The position numbers were made by a program, and so were the translations under genes. Source: Candidatus Aenigmatarchaeota archaeon (GTDB lineage: Archaea > Aenigmatarchaeota > Aenigmatarchaeia > CG10238-14). Taken from it: a stretch of 64,000 nt of DNA. The notes beneath the pieces were generated by a model. The model made no database searches. It was not told the origin of the DNA and was given only the letters and a program-made list of their open reading frames with translations. Of this stretch, positions 20,661 through 31,573 are shown one piece after another. Within the stretch, counting starts at the first letter, position 1, and the number at the start of each line of letters is the position of its first letter. Location: positions 199,628 through 263,627 of the forward strand of contig JAHLMM010000001.1 in the NCBI GenBank assembly GCA_018920365.1, written 5' to 3'.

Positions 20661-20870
20661 TCATAAAAGCTTGTAAGCATATTTTCCGTTTTTCTCTAAA
20701 ACTTCTATTTTACCTTCCCTTCCTAGCCAGCCAAGACCACTCATCACATCATCTCTTGTAAGTTTGCCCATTTTCATAATCTCTTGCATTGTTAATGGAT
20801 TATTTCTGTTTTTGTCAAGTAACTGCCAGACCTTTCCAGCGTTTACTCCAAATATTTCTTCTGGTTTCAT
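20661..20870 (-). CDS. DUF2582 winged-helix protein
   Basis: GVNAGKVW...GLGWLGREGKI. Confidence 0.8.
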   Translation of the reverse strand: MKPEEIFGVNAGKVWQLLDKNRNNPLTMQEIMKMGKLTRDDVMSGLGWLGREGKIEVLEKNGKYAYKLL

Positions 20871-20957
20871 ATTATGAAATATTTATTTTCTTTTATTATA
20901 AAATTTCTCTATATACAATAGACATCGAATTTAATAAAGAAAAACGATATTCATATT

Positions 20958-21911
20958 ATGGACGTTTTATCTTTCGGCTCTATACTATCAGATATTTTGG
21001 TAAAGTCAAATACTGTTAAAAAAACAACAATAAAAGGCAAGGAGTATTTTTACGTGAAATATGGCTCAAAGATAGATGCTGATAAATTTGAAATTGCTTT
21101 TGGCGGTTCAGCACATAATGTAGCTTATGGCATAACATCTCTAGGAAGACGTTCAGGCATAATTGGGTGTGTAGGAAACGACGAGTTTGGTAAATCTATT
21201 GTAAAATCTCTTGAAATTGCAGGAGTAGACACAAATGGCATTCAGTATTCAAACAAACCTACAGGTAAATCTGTCGTTATTATAGGCGAAGATAACGAAA
21301 GGACTATACTTATTCACAGAGGAGCTAATGATTATATAGACCAGAAAAAAATATCAAAAGAATACATAAACTTATTCAAGTATTTTGTTTTTACTTCTGT
21401 TGTCAGTGATGACTCTATTAAAGCTTTGGATAAATCATTAAAGTATGCTTTACAGTCAAGTTTGACTGTTGTCGCAAATCCAAGCGCAAGCATGATTGTG
21501 AAAAGAAAGAAGGAGTTTATGGAATTTTTGAAGAGATCAAGGATAGCTATAATGAACGAGGAAGAGGCAAACATATTGACAAGAAAAAAAATACCAAAAT
21601 CTTTGGAAGAAATAAAAGAACTAGGTCCTGATACAGTTGTTGTAACAAGAGGAAGAAATGGGTGTGTAGCAATGCATGGAAAAAAATTATATGAACAAAA
21701 AGGTTTTAGAGTGAAAGTTTTAGATACAACAGGTGCAGGCGATGCATTTACAGCAGGTTTTCTAAATTCAATAATAAGAAAAGATTCAATAGAGTATGCT
21801 TTGAAATATGCTACTGTTTGTTCAGCTTTGAATGTAAAATCATTTGGAGCAGTAACTAATTTTCCGTCAGAAAACGATATAATGAAAATCATAGGTGATA
21901 AAAATGTTTGA
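20958..21911 (+). CDS. PfkB/ribokinase family sugar kinase
   Basis: GGSAHNVA, NEEE, DTTGAGDAF. Confidence 0.92.
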   Translation: MDVLSFGSILSDILVKSNTVKKTTIKGKEYFYVKYGSKIDADKFEIAFGGSAHNVAYGITSLGRRSGIIGCVGNDEFGKSIVKSLEIAGVDTNGIQYSNKPTGKSVVIIGEDNERTILIHRGANDYIDQKKISKEYINLFKYFVFTSVVSDDSIKALDKSLKYALQSSLTVVANPSASMIVKRKKEFMEFLKRSRIAIMNEEEANILTRKKIPKSLEEIKELGPDTVVVTRGRNGCVAMHGKKLYEQKGFRVKVLDTTGAGDAFTAGFLNSIIRKDSIEYALKYATVCSALNVKSFGAVTNFPSENDIMKIIGDKNV

Positions 21912-22668
21912 CAAAAAGAAAGAAAGGATGAAAAAGATAATGAATGATAAAGCACTGTTGATTGCATTTGATCATGCAGTTGAACATGGACCAATAGCAT
22001 ATGAAAACATTGATTTACATCCAACTAGAATTTTAAAAATAGCTTTAGATGGCGGTGCAAACGGTATTATTTTGCACTCAGGTGCAGCAAAAATTGTTAA
22101 AGATTATATACCAAAAAATTTCGCTCTTGTGATAAAACTAACAGCTAGAACATCTCTTGTTAATGATAAAAATATGATTCAATCAATAGTTACAACAGTT
22201 GATGAAGCTGCAAAACTAGGTGCAGACGCAGTTGCATTTACAATTTATTTGGGAAGCGAAATGGAATACTATATGTTTGAACAGTTTTCTCAAGTCAAAA
22301 AAAGATGCATCGAGCTTGAATTACCTATAATTGGGTTTATGTATCCACGTTCACCGAAATACAAAAACAAATATGATGCTAAAGCAATAGAATACGCGGC
22401 AAGAGTTGGTGCTGAGATCGGTTGCGATATTGTAAAAACTTATTATACTGGAAATAAACAAACCTTTTCCAAAGTAATTAAAAATTGTTTTGTGCCTTTA
22501 TTGGTTGCTGGTGGTCCAGAGGCAAAGACAAAAGAAGAGTTTTTAACAAACATACAAGATGCTTTATCAGTAGGCGCTAGAGGGTTTGCACTTGGAAGGA
22601 ATATATGGTCTAGAGATGGTTCTGTAGAGTTGCTTAAACAAGTAAAAAGTGTTATGTCAAGGTTTTAG
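21904..22668 (+). CDS. Archaeal class I (DhnA-type) aldolase
   Basis: AFDHAVEHGP, YPR, Schiff-base VKTYY, AGG, GRNIW. Confidence 0.9.
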   Translation: MFDKKKERMKKIMNDKALLIAFDHAVEHGPIAYENIDLHPTRILKIALDGGANGIILHSGAAKIVKDYIPKNFALVIKLTARTSLVNDKNMIQSIVTTVDEAAKLGADAVAFTIYLGSEMEYYMFEQFSQVKKRCIELELPIIGFMYPRSPKYKNKYDAKAIEYAARVGAEIGCDIVKTYYTGNKQTFSKVIKNCFVPLLVAGGPEAKTKEEFLTNIQDALSVGARGFALGRNIWSRDGSVELLKQVKSVMSRF

Positions 22669-22669
22669 T

Positions 22670-25297
22670 ATGAGTTCAAGAAATTGGTATATGATTTCAT
22701 CAGAAGAAACTATAAAAGAGTTAAAATCATCCAAAAAAGGTTTGACACAAGATGAAGTTTCAAAAAGACAATTAGTCTATAAAAAAAATATCATTTATGA
22801 AGAATACAAGATAAACGCACTGAAAATATTATTTAATCAAATTAAAAATTTTCTGGTTATATTGCTTTTCATAGCCGCAGGAATTTCTATAGCAATAGGT
22901 GAAATGATCGATTTTTATTTGATAACGGCATTCATAGTTATTATAGTTGTTATTGGTTTTTTACAAGAATACAAAGCGGAAAGCATAGTAAAACAGCTTA
23001 AAAAAATGACTTTGCCAAAAGTAAAAGTTTTGAGAAATGACATGCAAACAGAAATAAGTTCTGAAGACCTTGTACCAGGAGATATTATAATTCTACTTTC
23101 AGGAGATAAAGTTCCAGCTGACTGTAGAATAATAGAGTCTCATCATTTAGAAGTTGATGAATCTTTAATAACAGGCGAATCGGTTCCAGTTAAAAAAATT
23201 AGTGATTCTATAAAAAATGAAGCTCAACTTGCTGATAGAGTTAACATGCTTTTTTCTGGTTCAACAGTTACTCATGGTAGATGCATTGCAATAGTCACAG
23301 AAACAGGAAATAAAACGGAGATAGGCAGAATAGCTAGGATAGTAAGCCAAGAAGAAGAAAAAGCACCTTTAAGTAAAGAGATAGACATTTTGGGAAAGAA
23401 TCTAACGCTTCTATTGGTAGGTATATGTGTTCTAATATTTTTTGTCATAGTTTCGCAAGGAATGGATTTAAAATATGCCTTTCTTGCAGTCCTCGCACTT
23501 GCAATATCAACAGTACCTGAGAGTTTACCAATAATAATAACAGTTTCACTTGCAGTAGGTGCAAATACTATGGCTAAAAGAAAGGCGCTTGTAAGGAAAT
23601 TTGTTTCTATTGAAAGCCTAGCAAGTGTCGATGTCATTTGCTCAGATAAAACAGGTACATTAACAAGGAACGAGTTAACTGTAAGAGAAATATATACAAA
23701 TAAAACTTATCAAGTTACAGGAAGCGGATATGTCCCCGAAGGTAATTTTTTCTTGAATGGACAACAAATTGATCCATTAAAAGATGAAAGACTAACCATG
23801 TTAATAAAAGCTGGTGTTATATGTAATAATGCTGTTTTCAAAGATGACACAAAAAATTATTGGGTGATGGGCTCTCCTTTAGAAGGCGCCTTGTTAGTTT
23901 TAGCCAAAAAAGCAGGAGTTGAGATAGAAAAAAAAGATGAAAATATTGTTTTAGAGATACCATTTGATTCTCAAAGAAAAATGATGAGTGTAGTTTACAA
24001 AGATAAAGATACATTTGTTTTTTCTAAAGGCGCACCTGAGATTTTACTAGAAAAGTGTTTATATGATTATAATGGTAAGATGCTGTCAGAAAAAAAGAAA
24101 AAAGAATTATTGAAAGTATCAGGAGACATGGCTAAAAGAGGATTAAGAACACTAGCGATTGCATATAAAAAGACAGAAAAAACAAAAAACGCTGAATCCG
24201 GACTAATTTTTATAGGATTAGTTGGTATGATCGACCCACCTAGACAAGAAGCAAAGGAAGCATTAAAGAAATGTAAAGAAGCTGGAATTGATATTAAGAT
24301 AATAACAGGAGATCATGAATTGACTGCTTTATATGTTGCAAGAGAAGCTGGAATGAAAGTAAGCAAAGTCTTAAGTGGTAAAGACATAGATTCAATGACC
24401 TTTGAACAGCTTGTCAAAGTTGTTGATACCATTGACATATTTTCTCGAGTTACACCAGAACACAAAATAAAAATAGTAAAAGCTTTGAGAGAAAATGGCC
24501 ACAGAGTACTTTTTACAGGTGATGGTGTCAATGATGCACCAGCTATAAAAATGTCAGAAGTCGGAATTTCAATGGGAAGAGGAACAGAGGTTGCTAAGGA
24601 GGCAAGCGATATTATACTTGTTGAGGAAGATTTCAACACAATAATAAATGCAATAGAGGAAGGAAGAAGAGTTTATCAAAATATAAAGAATTCTGTTGTA
24701 TATTTAGTTTCTACATCAATTGCAGAGGTTTTTGTTATTCTTGCAAGCATATTGTCAGGTTTACCATTTCCATATACTGCTAAACAAATTTTATGGTTGA
24801 ACATAATAACAGAAGGTATACCAGCAACTGGGTTTGCATTTGAAAAGGGCGAAAAAACACTTTTAAAAGAAAAACCCAAAGACCCAAAAAAAGGATTCTT
24901 GAGTAATGATGTGATTTTAAGAATAGCAGGACTCGGTTTTGTTATATTCATAGGAGTATTTGCTCTTTATTACATTTTTGCAGCAAATGATATTCAAAAA
25001 GCTGTTGCTATAGCTTTTAATACAATGGTATGGTTTGAATTATTTAATGCAATAAATTGTAGATCAGAAAAAACATCAATTTTAAAGATGAAAATAAAGG
25101 ACAATATACCTTTTGTTGTTTTATTGAGTTTATCAATAATGATTCAGGCAATTTCTGTCAATAATGAAATTTTCAGGCAAATAATGGGGTTGCATCCTTT
25201 ATCATTCGGTGAATTTTTACTAACAATATCTATTCCATCATCAATAATACTTTTGGGTGAAATTAAAAGGGCAAAATATAATTACTTGCCTTTTTAA
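22670..25297 (+). CDS. Cation-transporting P-type ATPase (type IIA, Ca2+-like)
   Basis: TGES, PESL, DKTGT, KGAPE, DPPR, TGDGVND. Confidence 0.93.
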   Translation: MSSRNWYMISSEETIKELKSSKKGLTQDEVSKRQLVYKKNIIYEEYKINALKILFNQIKNFLVILLFIAAGISIAIGEMIDFYLITAFIVIIVVIGFLQEYKAESIVKQLKKMTLPKVKVLRNDMQTEISSEDLVPGDIIILLSGDKVPADCRIIESHHLEVDESLITGESVPVKKISDSIKNEAQLADRVNMLFSGSTVTHGRCIAIVTETGNKTEIGRIARIVSQEEEKAPLSKEIDILGKNLTLLLVGICVLIFFVIVSQGMDLKYAFLAVLALAISTVPESLPIIITVSLAVGANTMAKRKALVRKFVSIESLASVDVICSDKTGTLTRNELTVREIYTNKTYQVTGSGYVPEGNFFLNGQQIDPLKDERLTMLIKAGVICNNAVFKDDTKNYWVMGSPLEGALLVLAKKAGVEIEKKDENIVLEIPFDSQRKMMSVVYKDKDTFVFSKGAPEILLEKCLYDYNGKMLSEKKKKELLKVSGDMAKRGLRTLAIAYKKTEKTKNAESGLIFIGLVGMIDPPRQEAKEALKKCKEAGIDIKIITGDHELTALYVAREAGMKVSKVLSGKDIDSMTFEQLVKVVDTIDIFSRVTPEHKIKIVKALRENGHRVLFTGDGVNDAPAIKMSEVGISMGRGTEVAKEASDIILVEEDFNTIINAIEEGRRVYQNIKNSVVYLVSTSIAEVFVILASILSGLPFPYTAKQILWLNIITEGIPATGFAFEKGEKTLLKEKPKDPKKGFLSNDVILRIAGLGFVIFIGVFALYYIFAANDIQKAVAIAFNTMVWFELFNAINCRSEKTSILKMKIKDNIPFVVLLSLSIMIQAISVNNEIFRQIMGLHPLSFGEFLLTISIPSSIILLGEIKRAKYNYLPF

Positions 25298-25334
25298 ATT
25301 TAGATTTGAATAACTATTATTTTATTGAATTTTG

Positions 25335-27845
25335 ATGGTTGAAATGACAAGAATAACTAGGTTGAGCCTGCAAGGGTTTAAATCATTTAGAAAAAGAGTA
25401 TCAATACCGTTTTTTCCAGGTTTAATAGTCATAGCAGGACCAAACGGTTCTGGAAAGACAAATATACTTGATGCAATTTGTTTTGCCCTTGGAAGAAGTT
25501 CTATAAAATCTTTAAGGGCAGAAAGATTACATGATTTAATATATCATGGAAACAAAAAATTTCCGCCAGCAGACTATGCTTCTGTTACAATGTGGTTTGA
25601 TAACAGCCAAAAAATATTTCCATTTGAAGAAAATGAAATTTCAATAACAAGAAAAGTAAACAAAGCTGGAATGAGTCTTTTTAAAATAAACGGAAAAACA
25701 ACAACACGAGAGAAAATATTAGAGGTTCTTTCAGCAGCAAGGATTCATCCAGATGGTTTTAATATAATAATGCAGGGCGACGTTAATCAAGTTATTGAAA
25801 TGACGCCTGAAGAAAGAAGGTTTATAATAGATGATATATCTGGCATAAGTCAATATAACGATAAAAAAGAAAAGGCAAAAGCAAACTTGGATAAAGTAGA
25901 GCAAAAATTAAGAGAAGTAGAAATAGTCATATCAGAAAGAATGCAGAGACTTGTAGAGCTTGAGCATGATAGGAACATTGCTTTAAGATATAAAGATCTG
26001 CAGAAAAATTTAGAGGTTTTGAAAGCTTCATTAGCCCACCAAAAATATGTTTATCTTTTAAATGATTACAAAAAAACAGATACTGAAGTTTCTGATGTTG
26101 ATGTTGAGATAAGACAAATTGAAGATGAAATTAAAAGAATTGAGAAAGATTTGGAATTAGCTGAGAAAAGAAAGGAAGAAATAGCAAATAAAATGTTTGT
26201 CAGATCAAAAGATAGTAGCATAAGAAGTGAAATTGAAGAGTTGAGAACAAGAATTGCAAGAAATGAAACACGTATAGATTCAAACATAAGAGAAATGGAT
26301 AGAATAAATTCAATGATACAAAAACTGGATGCAATAAAACTTGAAAGGAGAGGTTTTAGTAGAGGTGTACAAGCAATTCTAGATTTAAACAGAAAAGGTG
26401 TTTATGGTGTAATAAGTAATTTAATACAAGTTCCATCAGAATATGAAATAGCTGTTGAAGTTGCAGGCGGTCAAAGGTTACAAAACATTGTTGTTGAAGA
26501 CACGCTTGTTGCAACAGAATGCATAAATTATTTGAAAAGAGAGAAAATAGGCAGAGCTACATTTTTACCTTTAAACAAAATAAAATCCAAAAAACTTTCA
26601 CCAGAACAAAGACAGTTACTGAAAAAACCAGGCGTTATAGGCTTGATAACAGATGTTATAGATTTCGATAGAAAGTTTATTTCTGCCATAGAACATGTTT
26701 TTGGTGATACAATTATAGTTGAAAATTTAGGTGTTGCGAGAGATATAGGGATAGGTTCTATAAGAATGGTTACTTTGGATGGAGATTTGATTGAAACAAG
26801 CGGTGCAATGATAGGCGGGTTTTATGAGAAAAAAGAATTGTTAGGCCCAGAAAAAGAAATAAGCGAGTATATGCAGGCTAAAAAAGATCTAGCTGAAGAA
26901 ATAAACTTTTTGAGAGTTGAAATAGATCAAATAAACAAAAAAATTGACGAACTTAAGAGTATTGAAGAAAAAGAAAACAAAGAAATAAGTGGTTTAGATG
27001 AAGAAAGAATAAAAATAGATCAAGATATAGAAGAGTTGAAAGATAAAAGAAAAGAATTGTATGAACAAAGAATTGTTTTGCAAAATAAAATTAATAGAAC
27101 AAAAATTAAAGCAGCAAAGCTTGAAGCAGAGCTTGATAATCTTAAGCTTGAAGCAGAAAGGTATGGTGACGTTGATTTTATTGACGAGAAGCCAGAAATA
27201 CTTGAAATGAGGATACAAGATCAAACTAGAGAATTAAATTCTTTAGGCTTGGTTAATTTAAAGGCAATAGAGGAATATGATGCTTACAAAATAGAGTTTG
27301 ACGAGCTGAAAGCAAAATATGACAAAATAAATGAAGAAAAACAATCAATACTTGAAATGATAGAAAAAATTGAAGAAAAGAGGAAACAGGTTTTTTACGA
27401 AACTTTGGCTGGTGTTAGTGAAAATTTTCAAAAAGTTTTCAAGGAAATAACAGGTGGTGATGCTTCTTTAGATTTGGAAGACCCATTGAACATAGAAAGC
27501 GGATTGATTATAAGAGCAAATCCTACAGGCAAAGCTATTTTGAATATCGATGCAATGTCTGGCGGTGAAAAATCTGTAACAGCATTGGCATTTCTTTTTG
27601 CTGTTCAAATGTACAAACCAGCGCCTTTCTATATACTTGACGAAATAGACGCATTTTTGGATAAAATTAACACAAAAAAAATAATTGATATGATAAAAAA
27701 ACTTTCTAGTAAAGATCAATTTATCGTCATTTCTCACAATGATTATACAGTCAAACAAGCAGACAAAGTTTATGGCGTTGCTATGGAAGATGGTGAATCA
27801 AAAATTTTAGGTTTGGAGATGCCAAATGCAAGCGAAGATGAATGA
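25335..27845 (+). CDS. smc: SMC condensin subunit with short coiled-coil arms
   Basis: Walker A GPNGSGKT, Q-loop IIMQG, hinge GVYG..GRATFLPL..GAMIGG, MSGGE, LDEID, ISH. Confidence 0.93.
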   Translation: MVEMTRITRLSLQGFKSFRKRVSIPFFPGLIVIAGPNGSGKTNILDAICFALGRSSIKSLRAERLHDLIYHGNKKFPPADYASVTMWFDNSQKIFPFEENEISITRKVNKAGMSLFKINGKTTTREKILEVLSAARIHPDGFNIIMQGDVNQVIEMTPEERRFIIDDISGISQYNDKKEKAKANLDKVEQKLREVEIVISERMQRLVELEHDRNIALRYKDLQKNLEVLKASLAHQKYVYLLNDYKKTDTEVSDVDVEIRQIEDEIKRIEKDLELAEKRKEEIANKMFVRSKDSSIRSEIEELRTRIARNETRIDSNIREMDRINSMIQKLDAIKLERRGFSRGVQAILDLNRKGVYGVISNLIQVPSEYEIAVEVAGGQRLQNIVVEDTLVATECINYLKREKIGRATFLPLNKIKSKKLSPEQRQLLKKPGVIGLITDVIDFDRKFISAIEHVFGDTIIVENLGVARDIGIGSIRMVTLDGDLIETSGAMIGGFYEKKELLGPEKEISEYMQAKKDLAEEINFLRVEIDQINKKIDELKSIEEKENKEISGLDEERIKIDQDIEELKDKRKELYEQRIVLQNKINRTKIKAAKLEAELDNLKLEAERYGDVDFIDEKPEILEMRIQDQTRELNSLGLVNLKAIEEYDAYKIEFDELKAKYDKINEEKQSILEMIEKIEEKRKQVFYETLAGVSENFQKVFKEITGGDASLDLEDPLNIESGLIIRANPTGKAILNIDAMSGGEKSVTALAFLFAVQMYKPAPFYILDEIDAFLDKINTKKIIDMIKKLSSKDQFIVISHNDYTVKQADKVYGVAMEDGESKILGLEMPNASEDE

Positions 27846-28539
27846 ACAAGATATTTTAAAATCAGTTATAGAAACAGAATCATGGGAAGATGTAATTTAT
27901 AATATAGTTAGTCTTGAAGGTTTGGATCCATGGGATATTGATATAGTAAAGCTTGCTGACTCTTTTTTAAAATATATAGAAGACATAAAAACTCTAGATT
28001 TCAGAATACCTGCAAAAATAGTTTTTGTTGCGGCTATATTGCTCAAGCTTAAAACAGATACATTATTTCCTAAAGAAAAAGAAGAAAAAGTTGAAATACC
28101 CCAGATAGACGAGGATGAGTTTAAAGAAATTAAAGCAAGGCTAGATCAAATAAAGTTGTCACCGCCAATAGAAAGAATGCCAACAAGAACTGTTACATTA
28201 GAAGAACTTGTAGATGCCTTAAGGAAAGCTATGAGGGTTAAAGAAAGAAAAGAGTATAGAAAACATGCTTTGGGGAAAAAAGTTGCTAACAATATAAATC
28301 TGAATGAGGAGGATATAGAAGTAAGAATAAATAGTTTGCTCAGAGAGATAGATGATTTGATTAAAATAATGAAAAAAGATAAAATTGAATTTTCTAAAAT
28401 TGTTGAAAAATGGACGAGAGATGAAATAATCAAACATTTTTTACCATTACTTTATCTTGCAAATAGAGGAGAGATTATTGCTGAACAAGAAGATTTTTTC
28501 AAAGAAATATTTATTAGCAAAAAATTAAATTTTCAATAA
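27826..28539 (+). CDS. scpA: Kleisin ScpA
   Basis: DPWDIDIVKL, AAILLKLK, FLPLLYL. Overlaps the smc 3' end. Confidence 0.9.
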   Translation: MQAKMNEQDILKSVIETESWEDVIYNIVSLEGLDPWDIDIVKLADSFLKYIEDIKTLDFRIPAKIVFVAAILLKLKTDTLFPKEKEEKVEIPQIDEDEFKEIKARLDQIKLSPPIERMPTRTVTLEELVDALRKAMRVKERKEYRKHALGKKVANNINLNEEDIEVRINSLLREIDDLIKIMKKDKIEFSKIVEKWTRDEIIKHFLPLLYLANRGEIIAEQEDFFKEIFISKKLNFQ

Positions 28540-29064
28540 AATGTTTTCCGCCATTCTTTCAATATAGCTTTTTGCGGATTCAGAACCTCTAGAGGTTATG
28601 TGAATTAAATAATGGCCTTTGCAAATCCATAAATGATAGAAATAAACTCCAGGTGGATTAAATTCAGCACCGTAATCGTCATCACTATTAACTCTAAATC
28701 TACTTTTATCACCAAATGTATTTTCGCTTATTAAACCTTTTGATCCAAAAAGATGTGATGAATCATATTGATAAGCCTGATTCAAGTCATTAACATTAGA
28801 GAATTTTTTAAATTCAACCCAAATCCATGTATCTGACAATTCATTAACAGTGTAATTACAAAAACCATACTCTTCTAATGGAGAATATTGATCTGTTTTA
28901 TATTTCTCCAGAACGCAATTTCCAGATTTTGATAGTTTGAGATTTTGCAAGTCTTGCTCATTAAAAAATATTTTTTCAGAGTTTGGCTTGAAAAGCATAT
29001 TTTGAGCTAAAAATAAACCAATAATTAAAATTGCTATTATTGAAACTGCTATAATTATTTTCAT
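28525..29064 (-). CDS. Hypothetical membrane-anchored/secreted protein
   Basis: N-terminal hydrophobic helix. 179-aa ORF. Confidence 0.65.
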   Translation of the reverse strand: MKIIIAVSIIAILIIGLFLAQNMLFKPNSEKIFFNEQDLQNLKLSKSGNCVLEKYKTDQYSPLEEYGFCNYTVNELSDTWIWVEFKKFSNVNDLNQAYQYDSSHLFGSKGLISENTFGDKSRFRVNSDDDYGAEFNPPGVYFYHLWICKGHYLIHITSRGSESAKSYIERMAENILLKI

Positions 29065-29245
29065 ATTAATTATATGTTTAATTTAAATATTAAATTTGTT
29101 TCTGTGTACAAGTTTATAAATTACAGTACTTTTGATTAAGTTTTGAATGCTTTGAAAAACAAAGCTTTAAATATGTTACTCTGCTATTATAGAGAGTTAA
29201 TTAGAGTAGTTATAACATAACTAATTCTATTTTAAAGGTGATTTA

Positions 29246-30421
29246 ATGAAATTTGAAGAAATGAATATAGACGAATTAGTATTAAAGTCTATCAAAGAGA
29301 ATGGTATAGATTCACCAACAGATATTCAGTTGAAATCAATACCTTTTATAAAGAATGGTTTTGATGTTATTGGTCAATCAGAAACAGGGTCAGGAAAAAC
29401 AATAGCTTTTGGTTTGCCTATTGTTGAGATGGCTGAAAACAAAGGTTTTTTGCAAGCTTTAATTTTGGCACCAACAAGAGAATTGTCTATTCAAATATCA
29501 AATGAGCTGAAAAAATTATCAAAATACAAAAAGCTAAATATTTCTACAATTTACGGCGGCGTTCCAATCGACAACCAAATTTTAGAATTGAAAAATGCTG
29601 ATATAGTAGTTGGAACTCCTGGTAGAGTACTTGATCATATAAAAAGAGGATCTATGAAATTTGAAAATATAAAGTTTTTTGTTTTGGACGAAGCAGATAA
29701 AATGATTGAAATGGGTTTTATAGAAGACATAAAAAGAATTGAAAGATTTTTGCCAAAAAAAAGACAAACACTCATGTTTAGTGCAACAATGCCAGAATAT
29801 CTTGAAAATATTAGAGACAATTTTACAAATAATCCGATGAAAGTAAAAACCAAAGTCAAAGTTGACGATTCAAGACTTAAACAATATTATGTTGATATTG
29901 AAAGAGAAAATAAATTTTCATTGCTTGTTTTTTTAATAAACAGTGAAATGCCATCAAAATCCATAATCTTTTGCGAATCAAGACGAGATGTTGATGCTAT
30001 TACTGAAAATCTTTTGGTAAACAGAATCAAAGCACAGAAATTGCATGGAGGTTTAAACCAAAAAATGAGAGAAAAAGTGATTTCAAATTTTTATAGCAAT
30101 AAGATACAAATACTCGTAGCTACAGATGTTGCAGCTAGAGGTTTAGATGTCAAGGAAATTTCACATATATTCAACTATAATATACCAAAAAATTCAGAAG
30201 ATTATGTAAACAGAATTGGAAGAACAGCAAGAGCTGGAAAAGCAGGCAAAGTCATAAATTTGTTAAGCAAAGATGATCATAAAAATATGACAAACATTAT
30301 ATCAAGATACTCTTATTCAATAGAAAAAATAGAAAAACCAAACTTTCCTAAATTAAAATTTTTATTCAAATCATTCAGAAATAGCTATACCAAAAATCCT
30401 CATAGGTTTATCAGGCGTTAA
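29246..30421 (+). CDS. DEAD-box RNA helicase
   Basis: GSGKT, PTREL, TPGR, DEAD, SAT, ARGLD, RIGRTAR. Confidence 0.96.
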   Translation: MKFEEMNIDELVLKSIKENGIDSPTDIQLKSIPFIKNGFDVIGQSETGSGKTIAFGLPIVEMAENKGFLQALILAPTRELSIQISNELKKLSKYKKLNISTIYGGVPIDNQILELKNADIVVGTPGRVLDHIKRGSMKFENIKFFVLDEADKMIEMGFIEDIKRIERFLPKKRQTLMFSATMPEYLENIRDNFTNNPMKVKTKVKVDDSRLKQYYVDIERENKFSLLVFLINSEMPSKSIIFCESRRDVDAITENLLVNRIKAQKLHGGLNQKMREKVISNFYSNKIQILVATDVAARGLDVKEISHIFNYNIPKNSEDYVNRIGRTARAGKAGKVINLLSKDDHKNMTNIISRYSYSIEKIEKPNFPKLKFLFKSFRNSYTKNPHRFIRR

Positions 30422-31258
30422 TATTATTACTTTTTCCTTATTGAATGCTATTTTTTTGTCGAATGAAATTTTATTTTCAAACATTTTTGAGTTTATATAT
30501 TGTAATCCAACTAAACACATAACGTTTGTTGGTGCATCACCTTTGTAGAAAATATTTTTTTCAATTTTTACATTAATTTCATTTATACATTCTATGTTCT
30601 TTCCTATTATATCACCTCTTTGAATTTCATCAACTTCAATTCCTTTAAGCGCAAGCCCAACTCTGTCAAAACATTTTGCATTCTCAAAATCCTTATCATT
30701 TATTTGTATAGATTTTATCATGACTTCTTTATTTTGCGGAAATATTTTCATAACATCATATTTTTTTATTTCACCAGAAATAACAGTTCCAAGTATAACA
30801 GTTCCAACACTTTTTACTTGAAATGCATGATCTACTAAAACTTTTGGCTCATCCGATACTATTTCAACATTAAATGATTCTAAATGCTTGATTATTTCGT
30901 GAAAAGATTTTTCCATAATTGGAAAGTTTTTCAGATTTGTGTTTGATATTATATTTTTTAATTCGTTTTCTTCAAAGCCATCTAAAACAATAATTCCATT
31001 CAATTTCAATATGTCTATAGCTAATATACATTCACCCAAAATTTTCTTTTCAATATCTTTTGATACAAATAAAATTACAAAATTTGACATGTTAATTGCT
31101 TGAAACATTGTTTGTATTTTTTCAGGATATTTTTCAGGTTCTATAAAAGTGTAATTTTTACCTTGAAAAGTTAAATTGTATAATGTTATGTCTGAAGTTG
31201 TCCCCCTTTTGCCAAGTTCTTTTCCTAAACCTTTGCTACCAATTATTGCTATATTCAT
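30371..31258 (-). CDS. SelB-like elongation factor homologue with degenerate G domain (aSelBL-like)
   Basis: LGKRGTTSDITLYN, DHAFQVKSVGTV, KSIQ, RVGLALKG. No intact P-loop. Confidence 0.8.
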   Translation of the reverse strand: MNIAIIGSKGLGKELGKRGTTSDITLYNLTFQGKNYTFIEPEKYPEKIQTMFQAINMSNFVILFVSKDIEKKILGECILAIDILKLNGIIVLDGFEENELKNIISNTNLKNFPIMEKSFHEIIKHLESFNVEIVSDEPKVLVDHAFQVKSVGTVILGTVISGEIKKYDVMKIFPQNKEVMIKSIQINDKDFENAKCFDRVGLALKGIEVDEIQRGDIIGKNIECINEINVKIEKNIFYKGDAPTNVMCLVGLQYINSKMFENKISFDKKIAFNKEKVIILTPDKPMRIFGIAISE

Positions 31259-31335
31259 TAAAAAACCTCTACAATTAAAGAGAAACTAAGTTTTAAATAT
31301 ATAAAAATATAAACGAGATTGTTAATGGTGATTTT

Positions 31336-31572
31336 TTGACTCAAGTAAAAATATATACTACAAGCACATGCCCTTATTGCGAAATGGCAAAGAAATATTT
31401 TAAATCAAAAAATATAGATTTTGAAGAAATCAATGTTCAAGATAACCCTGAGGCTGCTGTTGAGTTAATAGAAAAATCAGGTCAAATGGGAGTTCCTGTT
31501 ATAGAAATAGACAACAAGATAATAATAGGTTTTAATAGAAACGCCATAGAAAGAGCTTTGGAGTCGAATTAG
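31336..31572 (+). CDS. Glutaredoxin/NrdH-like protein
   Basis: CPYC, GQMGVPV. Confidence 0.9.
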   Translation: MTQVKIYTTSTCPYCEMAKKYFKSKNIDFEEINVQDNPEAAVELIEKSGQMGVPVIEIDNKIIIGFNRNAIERALESN

Positions 31573-31573
31573 T

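Noticed and set aside
21332-22024. 230-aa antisense ORF and similar short antisense ORFs throughout the window
   Set aside because: Mirror frames of well-supported genes, with no motifs of their own.
30371-31258. Selenocysteine system implied by the SelB-like gene
   Set aside because: G domain is degenerate as in the known aSelBL family. No in-frame TGA, SECIS or tRNA-Sec was seen.
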